In this document: positions 47,271 to 57,432 of the stretch, one piece after another
Layout: every line of letters starts with the position of its first letter
How positions within the stretch are numbered: position 1 is the first letter of the stretch
IMG/VR virus record: IMGVR_UViG_3300042938_002732
Coordinates: 1-64,000 of that record
DNA length: 64,000 nucleotides
Strand: one strand, 5' to 3'
Origin: a virus
Notes under the pieces: model-generated
Seen by the model: only the letters and a program-made list of their open reading frames with translations
Databases searched by the model: none
Told to the model about the DNA's origin: nothing
Position numbers and translations under genes: made by a program

Positions 47271-50200
47271 ATGGGCGTAATTACTTCAGGGCAAACGCTG
47301 ACGGGGAAAATCGGCGTGGCGTTTTCTCAAACGCCCGCTTACACGGGGATACTCGATTCTTGGGCCGCAACAGGGCTTCCTGCCGGGCTGGCAATCAATA
47401 CGACCAGCGGGTTGATTTCGGGAACGCCGACGACGAAGGGGGGCGCGACAGCTACGGTGTCGGGAACTGCGGCTCCAACTGCGACGAAAATTGCATCGGG
47501 ATACAGTCACCACCTTGCGCTGAAAAGTGACGGCACGGTTGTTGCATGGGGCGTCACCTCCGGGCTGGCGGGAGGTTTCCACGTTTCGGTCCCCGCCGGG
47601 CTTTCTGGAGTGGTAGCGATTGCGGCAGGAGGCAGTCACTCCCTTGCGCTGAAAAATGACGGCACGGTTGTCGGATGGGGTAACAACTCCAGCGGGCCAC
47701 AAACAATCCCCGCCGGGCTTTCCGGAGTGGTAGCGATTGCAGCTGGGCTTAGTCACTCTCTTGCGCTGAAAAGTGACGGCACGGTTGTTGGATGGGGTAA
47801 CAACGCCAACGGGCAAACAACAATCCCCGCTGGGCTTTCCGGAGTCACGGCTATTGCAGGGGGGGGTTACCACTCCCTTGCGCTGAAAAATGACGGCACG
47901 GTTGTTGGATGGGGTGGCAACGCCAACGGGCAAAGGACAATCCCCGCCGGGCTTTCCGGAGTCACGGCTATTGCAGGGGGCGATTCTCACTCCCTTGCGC
48001 TGAAAAATGACGGCACGGTTGTTGGATGGGGTGACAACGCCAACGGGCAAAGGACAATCCCCGCCGGGCTTTCCGGAGTCACGGCTATTGCAGGGGGCGA
48101 TTCTCACTCCCTTGCGCTGAAAAATGACGGCACGGTTGTTGGATGGGGTAACAACTACTATGGGCAAACATCTGATTTTTATGATTTTTCCAAAGGCGAT
48201 TGGGGCAGAGGAATCGTGCTTTCCGGCGTCACGGCTATTGCAGCGGGATTCACCAGCTCCATTGCGCTTAGAAATGACGGCACACTCGCGATTGGAGGGG
48301 CATTGTCCAGTGGATACCCTTACACTTTGCCGGATGGGACAGTTGAGGCGACGGCCATTTCATTTACGATCACCGATGGCGTGCCGATCATCGCGGCAGG
48401 GCAGACTGCATCCGGAACCGTAGGCGCGGCGTTTAGCAAGACCTTTTCGCTGACTGACACCACTAACCGCCCGGCGACTTCATGGAGTGCGACGGGGCTT
48501 CCCGCAGGGCTTTCCATCAACGCCTCCACAGGAGCCATCACGGGCACGCCGCAGGATAGTGGCAGCGCGACGATCTCGCTTTCGGCAACCGGGCCGGGGG
48601 GAACTGGCACGGCAACGGCAACGATCTCGATCGCGGTGGGGCCACCGATCATCGTTGCTGGGCAGAGCTTTACTGGTAAGGTGGGTGAGAGTTTTTCGAA
48701 TTCGATTGCCTTGGAGGATGCTTTGGATCGGCCTGCGACCTCCTGGGCGCGCACCAGCGGCACGCTGCCTGCGGGCCTGACCCAGAATACGAGCACGGGC
48801 GCGATCACGGGCACGCCGACGACCAAGGGCTCGTTTACGGCCTCCTTCACGGCGACGGGCGGCGGGGGCACAAGCGCGGCGACGAGCATCGCCTTCACGA
48901 TTACCGATGGCGTGCCGATCATCGCGGCAGGGCAGACTGCATCCGGAACCGTTGGCACGGCGTTTAGCAAGACCTTTTCGCTGACTGACACCACGAACCG
49001 CCCGGCGACTTCATGGGGCGCGACGGGGCTTCCCGCAGGGCTTTCCATCAACGCCTCCACAGGAGCCATCACGGGCACGCCGCAGGATAGTGGCAGTGCG
49101 ACGATCTCGCTCACGGCGACAGGGCCTGGCGGCTCGGATACGGAGACGGCGACAATTTCGATCGCGGCGGGGGCGCCGATTATTACGGATGGGCAGAGCT
49201 TTACGTGTAAGGTGGGCGTGGCGTTTTCCCAAGCTCCTGCGCTTAATGACGCGCTGGATCGGCCTGCGACTTCTTGGGGTGTGACGGGGCTGCCAGCAGG
49301 GCTGGCGCTCAATACGACGACAGGCGCGATCACAGGCACGCCGACAGCCAAAGGCTCGTTCACTGCTTCGTTTACGGCTGCAAATAGTAGCGGCACAAGC
49401 GCGGCGACGAACATTTCTTTCACGATCGCCGAAGGCGTTCCAATCATCACAGCGGGGCAGACTGCCTCGGGGGCGGTAGGCACGGCGTTTAGCAAGACCT
49501 TTTCGCTGACTGACAGCACGAACCGGCCCGTGACGAGCTGGAGTGCGACAGGGCTGCCAAGCTGGGCAACGCTGAATACTTCCACGGGAGCGATCACGGG
49601 CACGCCGCAGGATAGCGGGAGTGCGACGATCTCGCTCACGGCCACAGGTCCTGGGGGGTCGGATACGGAGACGGCGACAATTTCGATCGCGGCGGGGGCG
49701 CCGATTATTCAGACTTCCGTTTTCCCCGACCCGAACGGCTCGTCATTAACATGGACGGGGCAGTTGCTTCACGGCACGGTGGGTGTGGCGTTTAGCCAAA
49801 CTCCTGCTCTTGTTGATGCCTTGAATCGTCCTGCGACTTCTTGGTTAGTGACGAGTGGCTCGCTACCTGGAGGCCTAACGCTGAATGCCGCCACGGGGGA
49901 GATATCAGGCACTCCCACGCGGGGAGGATCACAATGGGGGAATAATGGTGGTTCGTTTATAGCCTACTTCACTGCTACGGGGCCGGGTGGAACCAGTGCG
50001 GTAGCGGCTATTCTTTTTCAATTCGGCCCTGGTGCGCCGATCATTATGGCGGGGCAGACTGCTTCCGGCAAAGTAGGCGTGGCTTTTAGCAAGACACTTT
50101 TGCTCACCGACAACAACAGCACGGACCGTCCGGTAACAGGCTTGGCGGCGACGGGGTTGCCTGCGGGGCTAGTGATCATTTTCACGGAAGCCAGGATGGG

Positions 50201-51407
50201 GCTTTCATCCACGGGGGCGATTACTGGGACGCCGCTGGACGGAGGGGAATATACGGCTTCGCTAACGGCGACAGGGCCGGGAGGGACGGATACGAAGACG
50301 GCGGTGATCTCGATCGCGGCGGGGGCGCCGATTATTACGGCTGGGCAGAGCTTTACGGGCAAGGTGGGTGTGGCGTTTTCCCAAACTCCTGCTCTTGAGG
50401 ATGCGCTGGATCGCCCTGCCACTTCTTGGAGCGCGACGGGGCTCCCCGCAGGGCTGGCGCTGAATACCAGCACAGGAGCGATTACCGGAGCGCCGACAGC
50501 CAAAGGATCGTTTACGGCTACCTTCACGGCCACGGGCGGCGGCGGCACAAGCGCGGCGACGAGCTTGAGTTTCACGATTGCGGATGGCGTTCCAATCATC
50601 ACGGCGGGGCAGACTGCATCCGGAACCGTTGGCACGGCGTTTACCAAGACATTTTCGCTCACCGACAGCGCGAACCGCCCTGTGACGAGCTGGAGTGCGA
50701 CAGGGCTGCCAGCAGGGCTGGCGCTCAATACGACCACAGGCGCGATCACGGGGGCGCCGCTGGACGGAGGGGAATATACGGCTTCGCTAACGGCGACAGG
50801 GCCGGGAGGGACGGATACGAAGACGGCGGTGATCTCGATCGTAAGGGACTTGAATCTGAGTGTATCGCTCTCGGCGACAGCAGTGGTGGGAACTTCGCTG
50901 GTGATCGACTACCGGGCGGCGTTGGCGGGGGTGACGGCGCTGGATGCGGGTGGGTCGTGGGAGTTATATCGGGATGTGGAGCCTATTTTCCTCGGCGAGT
51001 CGCGGTGGGGTGGTTCACCCGGGGTGCAGGAGCCGGGCTTTGTGACGATTGATTTGGTGAGGTTTGTGTGGGGAGAGTTTGATATTGTGCGGGGGTTCAC
51101 GGGGCGTGTGGGGGTGTTTTGCTTCACGACGCTGGATGGCAGGATCACGCCGGAGCCATTGGTGCAGGTGGGATTGCGATTTTTGGAGGGGCGGGGCGCG
51201 GAGCGGTTGCAATACAGGTCGGCGTTCACGGGGCCTGGAAGGCCGTTTGATTATGTATCTGTGCCTGAGGGCGGTAGCGTGATCGAGGATGAGATCGTGA
51301 TCACGGAGGGACGGGCCTACGGGGTCTATAATATATGGGCAACAGAGAACCTGCCGCCGGGGCAGGTGAAGGTGCATTTCTCAGTGCATCTCTATCGGGA
51401 TGCGTGA
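47271..51407 (+). CDS. RCC1-repeat plus putative Ig repeat adhesin/fibre, copy 2
   Basis: Six to seven 40-aa RCC1 repeats (near-identical 120-bp units) and about ten Ig-like repeats. Confidence 0.85.
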   Translation: MGVITSGQTLTGKIGVAFSQTPAYTGILDSWAATGLPAGLAINTTSGLISGTPTTKGGATATVSGTAAPTATKIASGYSHHLALKSDGTVVAWGVTSGLAGGFHVSVPAGLSGVVAIAAGGSHSLALKNDGTVVGWGNNSSGPQTIPAGLSGVVAIAAGLSHSLALKSDGTVVGWGNNANGQTTIPAGLSGVTAIAGGGYHSLALKNDGTVVGWGGNANGQRTIPAGLSGVTAIAGGDSHSLALKNDGTVVGWGDNANGQRTIPAGLSGVTAIAGGDSHSLALKNDGTVVGWGNNYYGQTSDFYDFSKGDWGRGIVLSGVTAIAAGFTSSIALRNDGTLAIGGALSSGYPYTLPDGTVEATAISFTITDGVPIIAAGQTASGTVGAAFSKTFSLTDTTNRPATSWSATGLPAGLSINASTGAITGTPQDSGSATISLSATGPGGTGTATATISIAVGPPIIVAGQSFTGKVGESFSNSIALEDALDRPATSWARTSGTLPAGLTQNTSTGAITGTPTTKGSFTASFTATGGGGTSAATSIAFTITDGVPIIAAGQTASGTVGTAFSKTFSLTDTTNRPATSWGATGLPAGLSINASTGAITGTPQDSGSATISLTATGPGGSDTETATISIAAGAPIITDGQSFTCKVGVAFSQAPALNDALDRPATSWGVTGLPAGLALNTTTGAITGTPTAKGSFTASFTAANSSGTSAATNISFTIAEGVPIITAGQTASGAVGTAFSKTFSLTDSTNRPVTSWSATGLPSWATLNTSTGAITGTPQDSGSATISLTATGPGGSDTETATISIAAGAPIIQTSVFPDPNGSSLTWTGQLLHGTVGVAFSQTPALVDALNRPATSWLVTSGSLPGGLTLNAATGEISGTPTRGGSQWGNNGGSFIAYFTATGPGGTSAVAAILFQFGPGAPIIMAGQTASGKVGVAFSKTLLLTDNNSTDRPVTGLAATGLPAGLVIIFTEARMGLSSTGAITGTPLDGGEYTASLTATGPGGTDTKTAVISIAAGAPIITAGQSFTGKVGVAFSQTPALEDALDRPATSWSATGLPAGLALNTSTGAITGAPTAKGSFTATFTATGGGGTSAATSLSFTIADGVPIITAGQTASGTVGTAFTKTFSLTDSANRPVTSWSATGLPAGLALNTTTGAITGAPLDGGEYTASLTATGPGGTDTKTAVISIVRDLNLSVSLSATAVVGTSLVIDYRAALAGVTALDAGGSWELYRDVEPIFLGESRWGGSPGVQEPGFVTIDLVRFVWGEFDIVRGFTGRVGVFCFTTLDGRITPEPLVQVGLRFLEGRGAERLQYRSAFTGPGRPFDYVSVPEGGSVIEDEIVITEGRAYGVYNIWATENLPPGQVKVHFSVHLYRDA

Positions 51408-51410
51408 GCT

Positions 51411-52754
51411 ATGAGCTGGATTCGCGTGAAGGAGGTGGGGTCGGTGCCTGGCGGGGGAAGTAGATTGGTGCGCTATGAATCGGGCGAGGCGGGAGGGCTG
51501 GATGCTCGTGGGGTATGGGTAGAACAGATCTTGGAGGAGAGGCCAGAAAAGATATATCTTACTGATGAAGTGACTCTTGAGCAAGGCGATTGGGCGAGCC
51601 AGGAGATGGAGGCTCGGGAAAAGAGGGATTTCTGCCCTGAGGTGGCTCAGGAGGTGGCGGATGCGGTGTATCATGAGGGGCTGAGCAGGCCGGTGCGGCG
51701 GGTGGCGTGGGACTTGTGCGATGATCGCCCTGATCTCTGCGGGGTGCTGCCTGCTGGGTGGGGGCCAGGATCTGAGGGCGTGCCGACTCCGACGATTTTC
51801 TTGCAGTCGAATCCTGTGATGGCTGAAAATTGCCTGCCGCTAAATAGGCTGGTGCGGGGTGTGGGGCCTGCGGCTTGGATTGCGCACTTAAAGAATCAAG
51901 GGTCTGTGGTGGCGAATTTTGCTCAAGGTAATGAGGTATTGATGTTCGTGGAATTTGATGGGGCGGGGTCGCTTGCGGGGGTTTTGCTGACGGGCTTGTG
52001 GAGTCCTGCTGATATCGCGACGGGGCTATGGCTGGATGCAGCGGATGAGGCAACGGTGACGCTGACGCTTGATGGTCTTGTATCGCAGTGGGTAGATAGG
52101 AGTGGGAATGGCGTTGTCGTGGATCAGACAAGCAATCTCTTGCGCCCGACTTACGATGGGCAAATTGGCGGGGTCAAGGCGCTAAACTTCCTTGGTAGCA
52201 ATGAATTCTTGGAAGCGCGGAGTTATGTCAAGTCGCCCGGGTTTTACATTATCCTGGTCGCAAAGCATGACCTGAGCCTCCCTGACGCGCCGGTTTTTTC
52301 GTATTTTGATTCAAATAATTCCAATGAGCGTGTAAATCTGAGGTCGCGATCTGGGCGAAGTAGCATGCAGGTGATATCGAGGGGCGTGAATGAGGGGGAT
52401 GGTGATACTGAGGGTTTCTTTCTCTACGATCTCCCAGGGATGGGTCAAGGTTTTGTGCTCTCGATGTCAGATACGGGAGGGGCAGGGTCATTTATCAATT
52501 ATAATGCAAATCAAAAGGTGGCGAGCGGGAGTTTAGGAAGCGAAAGATTGCTGGGGCTGCGAATCGCCAATTCAGTAGGGGCGGCTGGGTCGCTTGGCGG
52601 TGCGCTTGGCGAGTTTATTTTGCTGGACCAAGTGCCGGATGCGGACACGCAACGAAGGTTGGAAGGTTACTTGGCTCACAAGTGGGGGATAGCGGGGCAG
52701 ATTCCAGAGGACCATCCTTACAAAGTAAATCCTCCGACTCCAAGGGCTGGTTGA
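51411..52754 (+). CDS. virion protein with LamG/lectin-like domain
   Basis: LWLDAAD...VSQWVDRSGNG...LEGYLAHKWG...HPY pattern. Confidence 0.7.
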   Translation: MSWIRVKEVGSVPGGGSRLVRYESGEAGGLDARGVWVEQILEERPEKIYLTDEVTLEQGDWASQEMEAREKRDFCPEVAQEVADAVYHEGLSRPVRRVAWDLCDDRPDLCGVLPAGWGPGSEGVPTPTIFLQSNPVMAENCLPLNRLVRGVGPAAWIAHLKNQGSVVANFAQGNEVLMFVEFDGAGSLAGVLLTGLWSPADIATGLWLDAADEATVTLTLDGLVSQWVDRSGNGVVVDQTSNLLRPTYDGQIGGVKALNFLGSNEFLEARSYVKSPGFYIILVAKHDLSLPDAPVFSYFDSNNSNERVNLRSRSGRSSMQVISRGVNEGDGDTEGFFLYDLPGMGQGFVLSMSDTGGAGSFINYNANQKVASGSLGSERLLGLRIANSVGAAGSLGGALGEFILLDQVPDADTQRRLEGYLAHKWGIAGQIPEDHPYKVNPPTPRAG

Positions 52755-52772
52755 CGCCTGGCACTTCTGCAA

Positions 52773-53237
52773 ATGCGCATCTCGATAAATTTAGATACTC
52801 TTGCGGTGGGTGACTCTACGGGGAGCGCCCTGCAAACGCTCTCGACGAGGCGGAGCGATGCCTTCCCTATCCGGTTGGGATTTCTGCAAGGGGGCGTGGG
52901 CAAGGAATTACCGAGCGGCGCGGTCGGGAGGTTGGCTATAAAGAACACCCGTGACTACTCGGGCGTATTGGTGGCGGGAAGTCCGGCTTGGCGCAAGGTC
53001 GGGTATGGGTCTTCGGCATACTATGTTTTCATCTTGAATCTTGCCACGCAGCAGATGGATGAGGCTTTTTTCACCCTTAGCGGAGAGCTCGCCCAAGTGA
53101 GTTTTACGATGGAAATCGAGTGGGCCTATCGTGGCGTGCGTCAAACAAGTCGCCCTGTGGCGTTTGTGGTGGATAACGACTATACCCGCTCCGGCGATGT
53201 GCCTCCCACGCCCATAGCTGGGGCGTCGGGGAGTTGA
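52773..53237 (+). CDS. baseplate-upper-like structural protein
   Basis: Paralog of the next gene (LPSGA, EIEW/ELEW, VxNDY); GTTGAC 17 nt upstream. Confidence 0.6.
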   Translation: MRISINLDTLAVGDSTGSALQTLSTRRSDAFPIRLGFLQGGVGKELPSGAVGRLAIKNTRDYSGVLVAGSPAWRKVGYGSSAYYVFILNLATQQMDEAFFTLSGELAQVSFTMEIEWAYRGVRQTSRPVAFVVDNDYTRSGDVPPTPIAGASGS

Positions 53238-53253
53238 CGTTTGCTGAATCTGT

Positions 53254-53847
53254 ATGCGGATAGCTATTGATCTCGACAGCAGGAGGGTTTTGACGTGGAC
53301 GGGCGTCGCTGTCGAGGTGTTGGCTATGACTTGTCGGGATAAGTTCCCTGTGGATGTGAAGTTTATCAGCTTGGGGAGGTATGTAGATCTTCCGTCGGGG
53401 GCTCTGGGGGCGCTCTCTCTGAAGGTGCCTGGTTCTTGGTCGGGCGTGGTTAGGGCTACGGGAGGTCAGTGGACGAAGACGGGTGTAGGCAAGGACGCGG
53501 TGTATGGATTTTTCCTGCGGCTCGACACGGTTGAGCTTCTGGAGTTGTTTGCCGGTGAACCGAGTAGCGTGGATTTGGCGATGGAATTGGAGTGGTCGTA
53601 TGGAGCTCCTTCCGTGCGCAGCACCTCTGTTCCGGTGCCTGTGGTGGTGTCCAATGATTATATCCGTGAAAACGATGGCGTGCCGGTCGAGGCGATCGAT
53701 CGCAAGGCGACTCAGGCTGAGGCCGAAGAGGGCCTTGTGAACGACAAGTGGATGACTCCGCTGCGTGTGGCGCAGGCGGCTGCGAAAATTTTAGGGGGCT
53801 CCGATGGTTCCGGCGGGATCGCTGTGATCGATGCGGGAGTCTACTAA
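53254..53847 (+). CDS. baseplate-upper-like/fibre adaptor protein
   Basis: KATQAEAEEG...MTPLRV fibre-type motif; ends IDAGVY. Confidence 0.6.
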   Translation: MRIAIDLDSRRVLTWTGVAVEVLAMTCRDKFPVDVKFISLGRYVDLPSGALGALSLKVPGSWSGVVRATGGQWTKTGVGKDAVYGFFLRLDTVELLELFAGEPSSVDLAMELEWSYGAPSVRSTSVPVPVVVSNDYIRENDGVPVEAIDRKATQAEAEEGLVNDKWMTPLRVAQAAAKILGGSDGSGGIAVIDAGVY

Positions 53848-53891
53848 CAACAAACAACAAACAACAAACAAAAAACAAATAAATAAATATC

Positions 53892-54998
53892 ATGGCGAAC
53901 CCAATCATCAAAATCTTGCGCGGCGTTACCCCTCCTCCGACTCTGGAGGCAGGACGCATCGCGATTGACCAAGCGGCTAAAAATCTTTACGTCGGCATAG
54001 ACGACGGGGACGGCGGAACGATTAACGAAATCGTCGGCGGCTCAGGCACATTCGCGACCAAGGCGTTCGTTGCGGATGCGATCACCACAGCCACAGGCGA
54101 TCTCGGCACGATGTCCACGCAGAATGCCGATGCGGTTGAGATTACTGGCGGCACGATTGACGGGACAGCTATCGGCGCGACTACCCCTTCGACGGGTGCA
54201 TTTACTAGTGTTGCGACACCCGAACTTACATCACCTACTGGTTTCATAGAGGCTGGGTTAGTCATAATCCAAAATACATCCCTAACTAATGCGGTTCTGG
54301 AGGGTTCGGTAATTCGGAATGGGTCAGAAATAGATGATTCACCTATCGGCAGATTTACCCCTTCGACTGGTAAGTTTACCACGCTCAAGGCATCATCTGC
54401 CCCCGTTGACCCGACTGATGTTGTTCGCAAAACCGAACTCGATTCTGCCGTTTCCGCTCTCGGTTCGGTATTCCACTTCGTAGGTGATGTTAGCTCCGCA
54501 TCCACTCCCCTTGACCTAAGCACTCTGAGCGATCAAACTACTGGTTCTTACTACAAAGTTGATGTTGCTGGAACCTACACGGCAGGAGAGAATAGCTTCG
54601 CGGCCAAGGCGGGCGATGCGTTTGTAAAAACCTCAACAGGCTGGCAAAAGCTCGACAATGTGGACGTCGAAGTCCTCGGCACCGCAAACGAAATCTCCGT
54701 AACTGGCGGCGAGAATGCTGGCTACACAGTTGCCCTCGATTCTGTTTTCTCAGGACGGGTTACGACTGCGGAAGGTGACATCGATGACCTCGAAACCAAG
54801 ACGCAGAACATTACCGCCGACGCTAACATGACCACGGTCGCTGGTGCCATGCGGAGCGGAAACGGAAGCAGTGTCGTTGATTTCGGCAACGGGGAGTTGA
54901 TATTTGGCGCGGCAAATTTCGGATCGGCTTTTGTCAGCGGCGACCTTTCGGTAACAGGAGACATCACTGACGCCATCATCGACGGTGGAGTTTACTAA
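53892..54998 (+). CDS. tail fibre-like protein
   Basis: N-terminal I.ILRG..P..L..G.IA motif; ITGGTIDGT.IG repeats; ends IDGGVY. Confidence 0.65.
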   Translation: MANPIIKILRGVTPPPTLEAGRIAIDQAAKNLYVGIDDGDGGTINEIVGGSGTFATKAFVADAITTATGDLGTMSTQNADAVEITGGTIDGTAIGATTPSTGAFTSVATPELTSPTGFIEAGLVIIQNTSLTNAVLEGSVIRNGSEIDDSPIGRFTPSTGKFTTLKASSAPVDPTDVVRKTELDSAVSALGSVFHFVGDVSSASTPLDLSTLSDQTTGSYYKVDVAGTYTAGENSFAAKAGDAFVKTSTGWQKLDNVDVEVLGTANEISVTGGENAGYTVALDSVFSGRVTTAEGDIDDLETKTQNITADANMTTVAGAMRSGNGSSVVDFGNGELIFGAANFGSAFVSGDLSVTGDITDAIIDGGVY

Positions 54999-55058
54999 AA
55001 ATCCCTAACCCAAAAGACCCTCGCGGGTTCCAATCCCGCGAGGGCAACCCATTCTATA

Positions 55059-56384
55059 ATGGCTTCTCCAAAAATAATTCCGAAGAAGAGCACTATTGCT
55101 GACAAGGTTCCTCTCCCAGAGCAACTTGAGGGGGGAGAGGTATCCGTAAACTGGGCCGATCAGGTCTGGCACGGCAAACACCCGTCCTCGAATGCCGTAG
55201 TGCCGATTGGTGCGCCTGCCTTGCACAGCCACGACGAGTTGTATTCGCTCGATAAGTCCCAGCACATTGAGTTGCAAAATAATGGCGATTTAACTTTACC
55301 CAACGGCGGCACGATTTCGGATTCTGCCGCCGATGAAGGATCGCTCACCCTCACCCCTCCAAACGCCACTGCGGGTCAAGGGCTTGTCATTCGACCAACT
55401 GTGGGCGTCGCGCTCACAAACGATATTGGGTTTTCTGCTGGAGCAACCATAACAGTCACTCTTACTGACGCTGGTTCCCATATCTCCGACGATTGGACAG
55501 CTAATGGCGGCAAGGATGCTAACTGGGCTTACACCATCACCGGAATCACCTCTGGCAATCTCGGCTCCGCTCTGACTGGAATTTTTGCCGCTGGCGATTG
55601 GTTTATTTCTGGTGGGAATTACGTAAATCAAAAAGTATTTACCATCCCAGCAGGCAGCACGGGAACAGGATTCAGTATACGATTAGACGATCCGATCACA
55701 TCCGCTTACTCAGGGTATCCAACCCCACCTAATTTGGAGCTTACTGTTGGGGCAACCTCAATGCTCCCTGAAACGGGACATCTTCACTTAGTTACAGCAG
55801 ACCCCGGCAATGTTGATCTCTACTTGGGGGATGATTACCAATTTGTAAAAATCGAGCGGAACTCAGGCGGGATTGTTATTGGGAATAATAATAACACGAA
55901 CCAATGGAGTTTTAAGACGGACGGGACTCTTGAGTTGCCTTCCGGGGGAGATATAACGCTCGGCGGAACTTCGGTTTTGGGTGGTGGCACACAAGCAAAT
56001 TGGGCTTCCACATCTGGGCCTTCTGAAATTCTCAACAAGCCCACCCTCGGCACGGCGGCGGGGACCAATTCAACTGATTACGCAACTGCCGCTCACACGC
56101 ACCCGCTTTCTGAGATCACTCAGTCTAATGCTATCAATGGCCAAGTAGCCACATGGGACGGGGCTGCATGGGTTCCATCAACCCCGGCGGCGGCGGGGGT
56201 ATCTTCTGTGGCTGGTCGCACGGGTGCTGTCACTCTCGCTGTGGCCGATGTCGCGAACGCAGTCGGGTCGCTTACAACGGGGATCGCTAACACAACGCCG
56301 ATCACAAACATGATGCAGATCACGCAAGCGGGCTACAGCGCACTAACTCCTGAGACTAACACCCTCTACATAATCGTTGGATGA
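55059..56384 (+). CDS. tail fibre-like protein
   Basis: IIPKKS...P...L..GEVSVN, HTH, VSSVAGRTGAVTL, TLYIIVG. Confidence 0.65.
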   Translation: MASPKIIPKKSTIADKVPLPEQLEGGEVSVNWADQVWHGKHPSSNAVVPIGAPALHSHDELYSLDKSQHIELQNNGDLTLPNGGTISDSAADEGSLTLTPPNATAGQGLVIRPTVGVALTNDIGFSAGATITVTLTDAGSHISDDWTANGGKDANWAYTITGITSGNLGSALTGIFAAGDWFISGGNYVNQKVFTIPAGSTGTGFSIRLDDPITSAYSGYPTPPNLELTVGATSMLPETGHLHLVTADPGNVDLYLGDDYQFVKIERNSGGIVIGNNNNTNQWSFKTDGTLELPSGGDITLGGTSVLGGGTQANWASTSGPSEILNKPTLGTAAGTNSTDYATAAHTHPLSEITQSNAINGQVATWDGAAWVPSTPAAAGVSSVAGRTGAVTLAVADVANAVGSLTTGIANTTPITNMMQITQAGYSALTPETNTLYIIVG

Positions 56385-57226
56385 TTTTGAACAATTCCAG
56401 TGCGGCAAAAGTAGGAACCAGCAATGTAACTGCAATTGCATCTGCAACAACATCATTTCGGCAATTCATGTGCTACTCCGCGACAACTATTTCGCATGCA
56501 ATTGGCGGCACAATTGGTCTTGTAAAAAATGGAATCGGAGGTTTAACATTAACGGGAGGAGCTAACTATACTGGGCCAACAATAATTAATCAAGGGCAAC
56601 TTATAATTTCATCAATCGTCACGCTCAATGGGGTTATTAGTGGAGCGGGATCGATTTTTAAAAACGGCTCTCATGCTATAACTATTGGCGGCAACAATAC
56701 TTATACTGGTGGAACAATATCTGCGGGTGGGACGATAACATATTCGTCTGGCAATGCTTTTGGAACTGGATCGTTTACGGCTCAGACAGCATCGCAAATT
56801 ATTACACCAAACAATGTAACTTTGCCAAATAATTTTATAATAAACGCTGGAGCTACTTTGCAATATCGCACCACAGGCGCACCTACGATAACAGTTACAG
56901 GCAATATCACAGGTAGCGGAAACCTAAACAAAACAGCAAATGGAATTCTCATTCTGTCTGGAACATTAACCTACACAGGGCAAACAATTATTACAGCGGG
57001 AACAATACGAGCTTCAAAAACAACTGGCTCTTCAACAGCAACGGCATCGTTTACAACAGCTACAACTTTAAGCGTTTCGTTCAATGCCCCCCCTGATGCT
57101 GGAACTCAAGCCTTCCGCTTCTTCCAAGGTTCTACGAATAGAACATATACAGCGGTGACATTAGTAAATGCACCGGGACGAACAGCAACATACAACTCTA
57201 CAACTTCAACCCTAACAGTAACATGA
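56381..57226 (+). CDS. autotransporter-associated beta-strand repeat (PATR-like) protein
   Basis: LVKNGIGGLTLTGGANYTGPTIINQGQL plus two further copies; AT-rich. Confidence 0.75.
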   Translation: MILNNSSAAKVGTSNVTAIASATTSFRQFMCYSATTISHAIGGTIGLVKNGIGGLTLTGGANYTGPTIINQGQLIISSIVTLNGVISGAGSIFKNGSHAITIGGNNTYTGGTISAGGTITYSSGNAFGTGSFTAQTASQIITPNNVTLPNNFIINAGATLQYRTTGAPTITVTGNITGSGNLNKTANGILILSGTLTYTGQTIITAGTIRASKTTGSSTATASFTTATTLSVSFNAPPDAGTQAFRFFQGSTNRTYTAVTLVNAPGRTATYNSTTSTLTVT

Positions 57227-57432
57227 TAATTCAACCCAACGAAAACGGATGGTCATTTGACGAATCAAACTCATGGAAACTCGTCCATGATGGAGCCAAT
57301 ATTATTTTTTTTGAGCAAACCGACAAAGCAATATCGACACAAAGTATTTTATTTGTGGGAACAAAAGAGGAATGTGATCCGGAAATCGAGCGTTTAGGGC
57401 TGAAATTCACACACGAAAACGACGAGCTATGA
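57223..57432 (+). CDS. hypothetical protein
   Basis: ATGA coupling. Confidence 0.6.
   Translation: MIIQPNENGWSFDESNSWKLVHDGANIIFFEQTDKAISTQSILFVGTKEECDPEIERLGLKFTHENDEL

Noticed and set aside
43576-51407. Diversity-generating retroelement acting on the adhesins
   Set aside because: No reverse transcriptase seen; the repeats are in-frame coding repeats without an evident adenine-specific template/variable pair
55018-55044. Terminator or tRNA fragment (CCCTCGCGGG-TTCCAAT-CCCGCGAGGG)
   Set aside because: A perfect hairpin, but with no downstream T tract and no other tRNA arms; function unsupported
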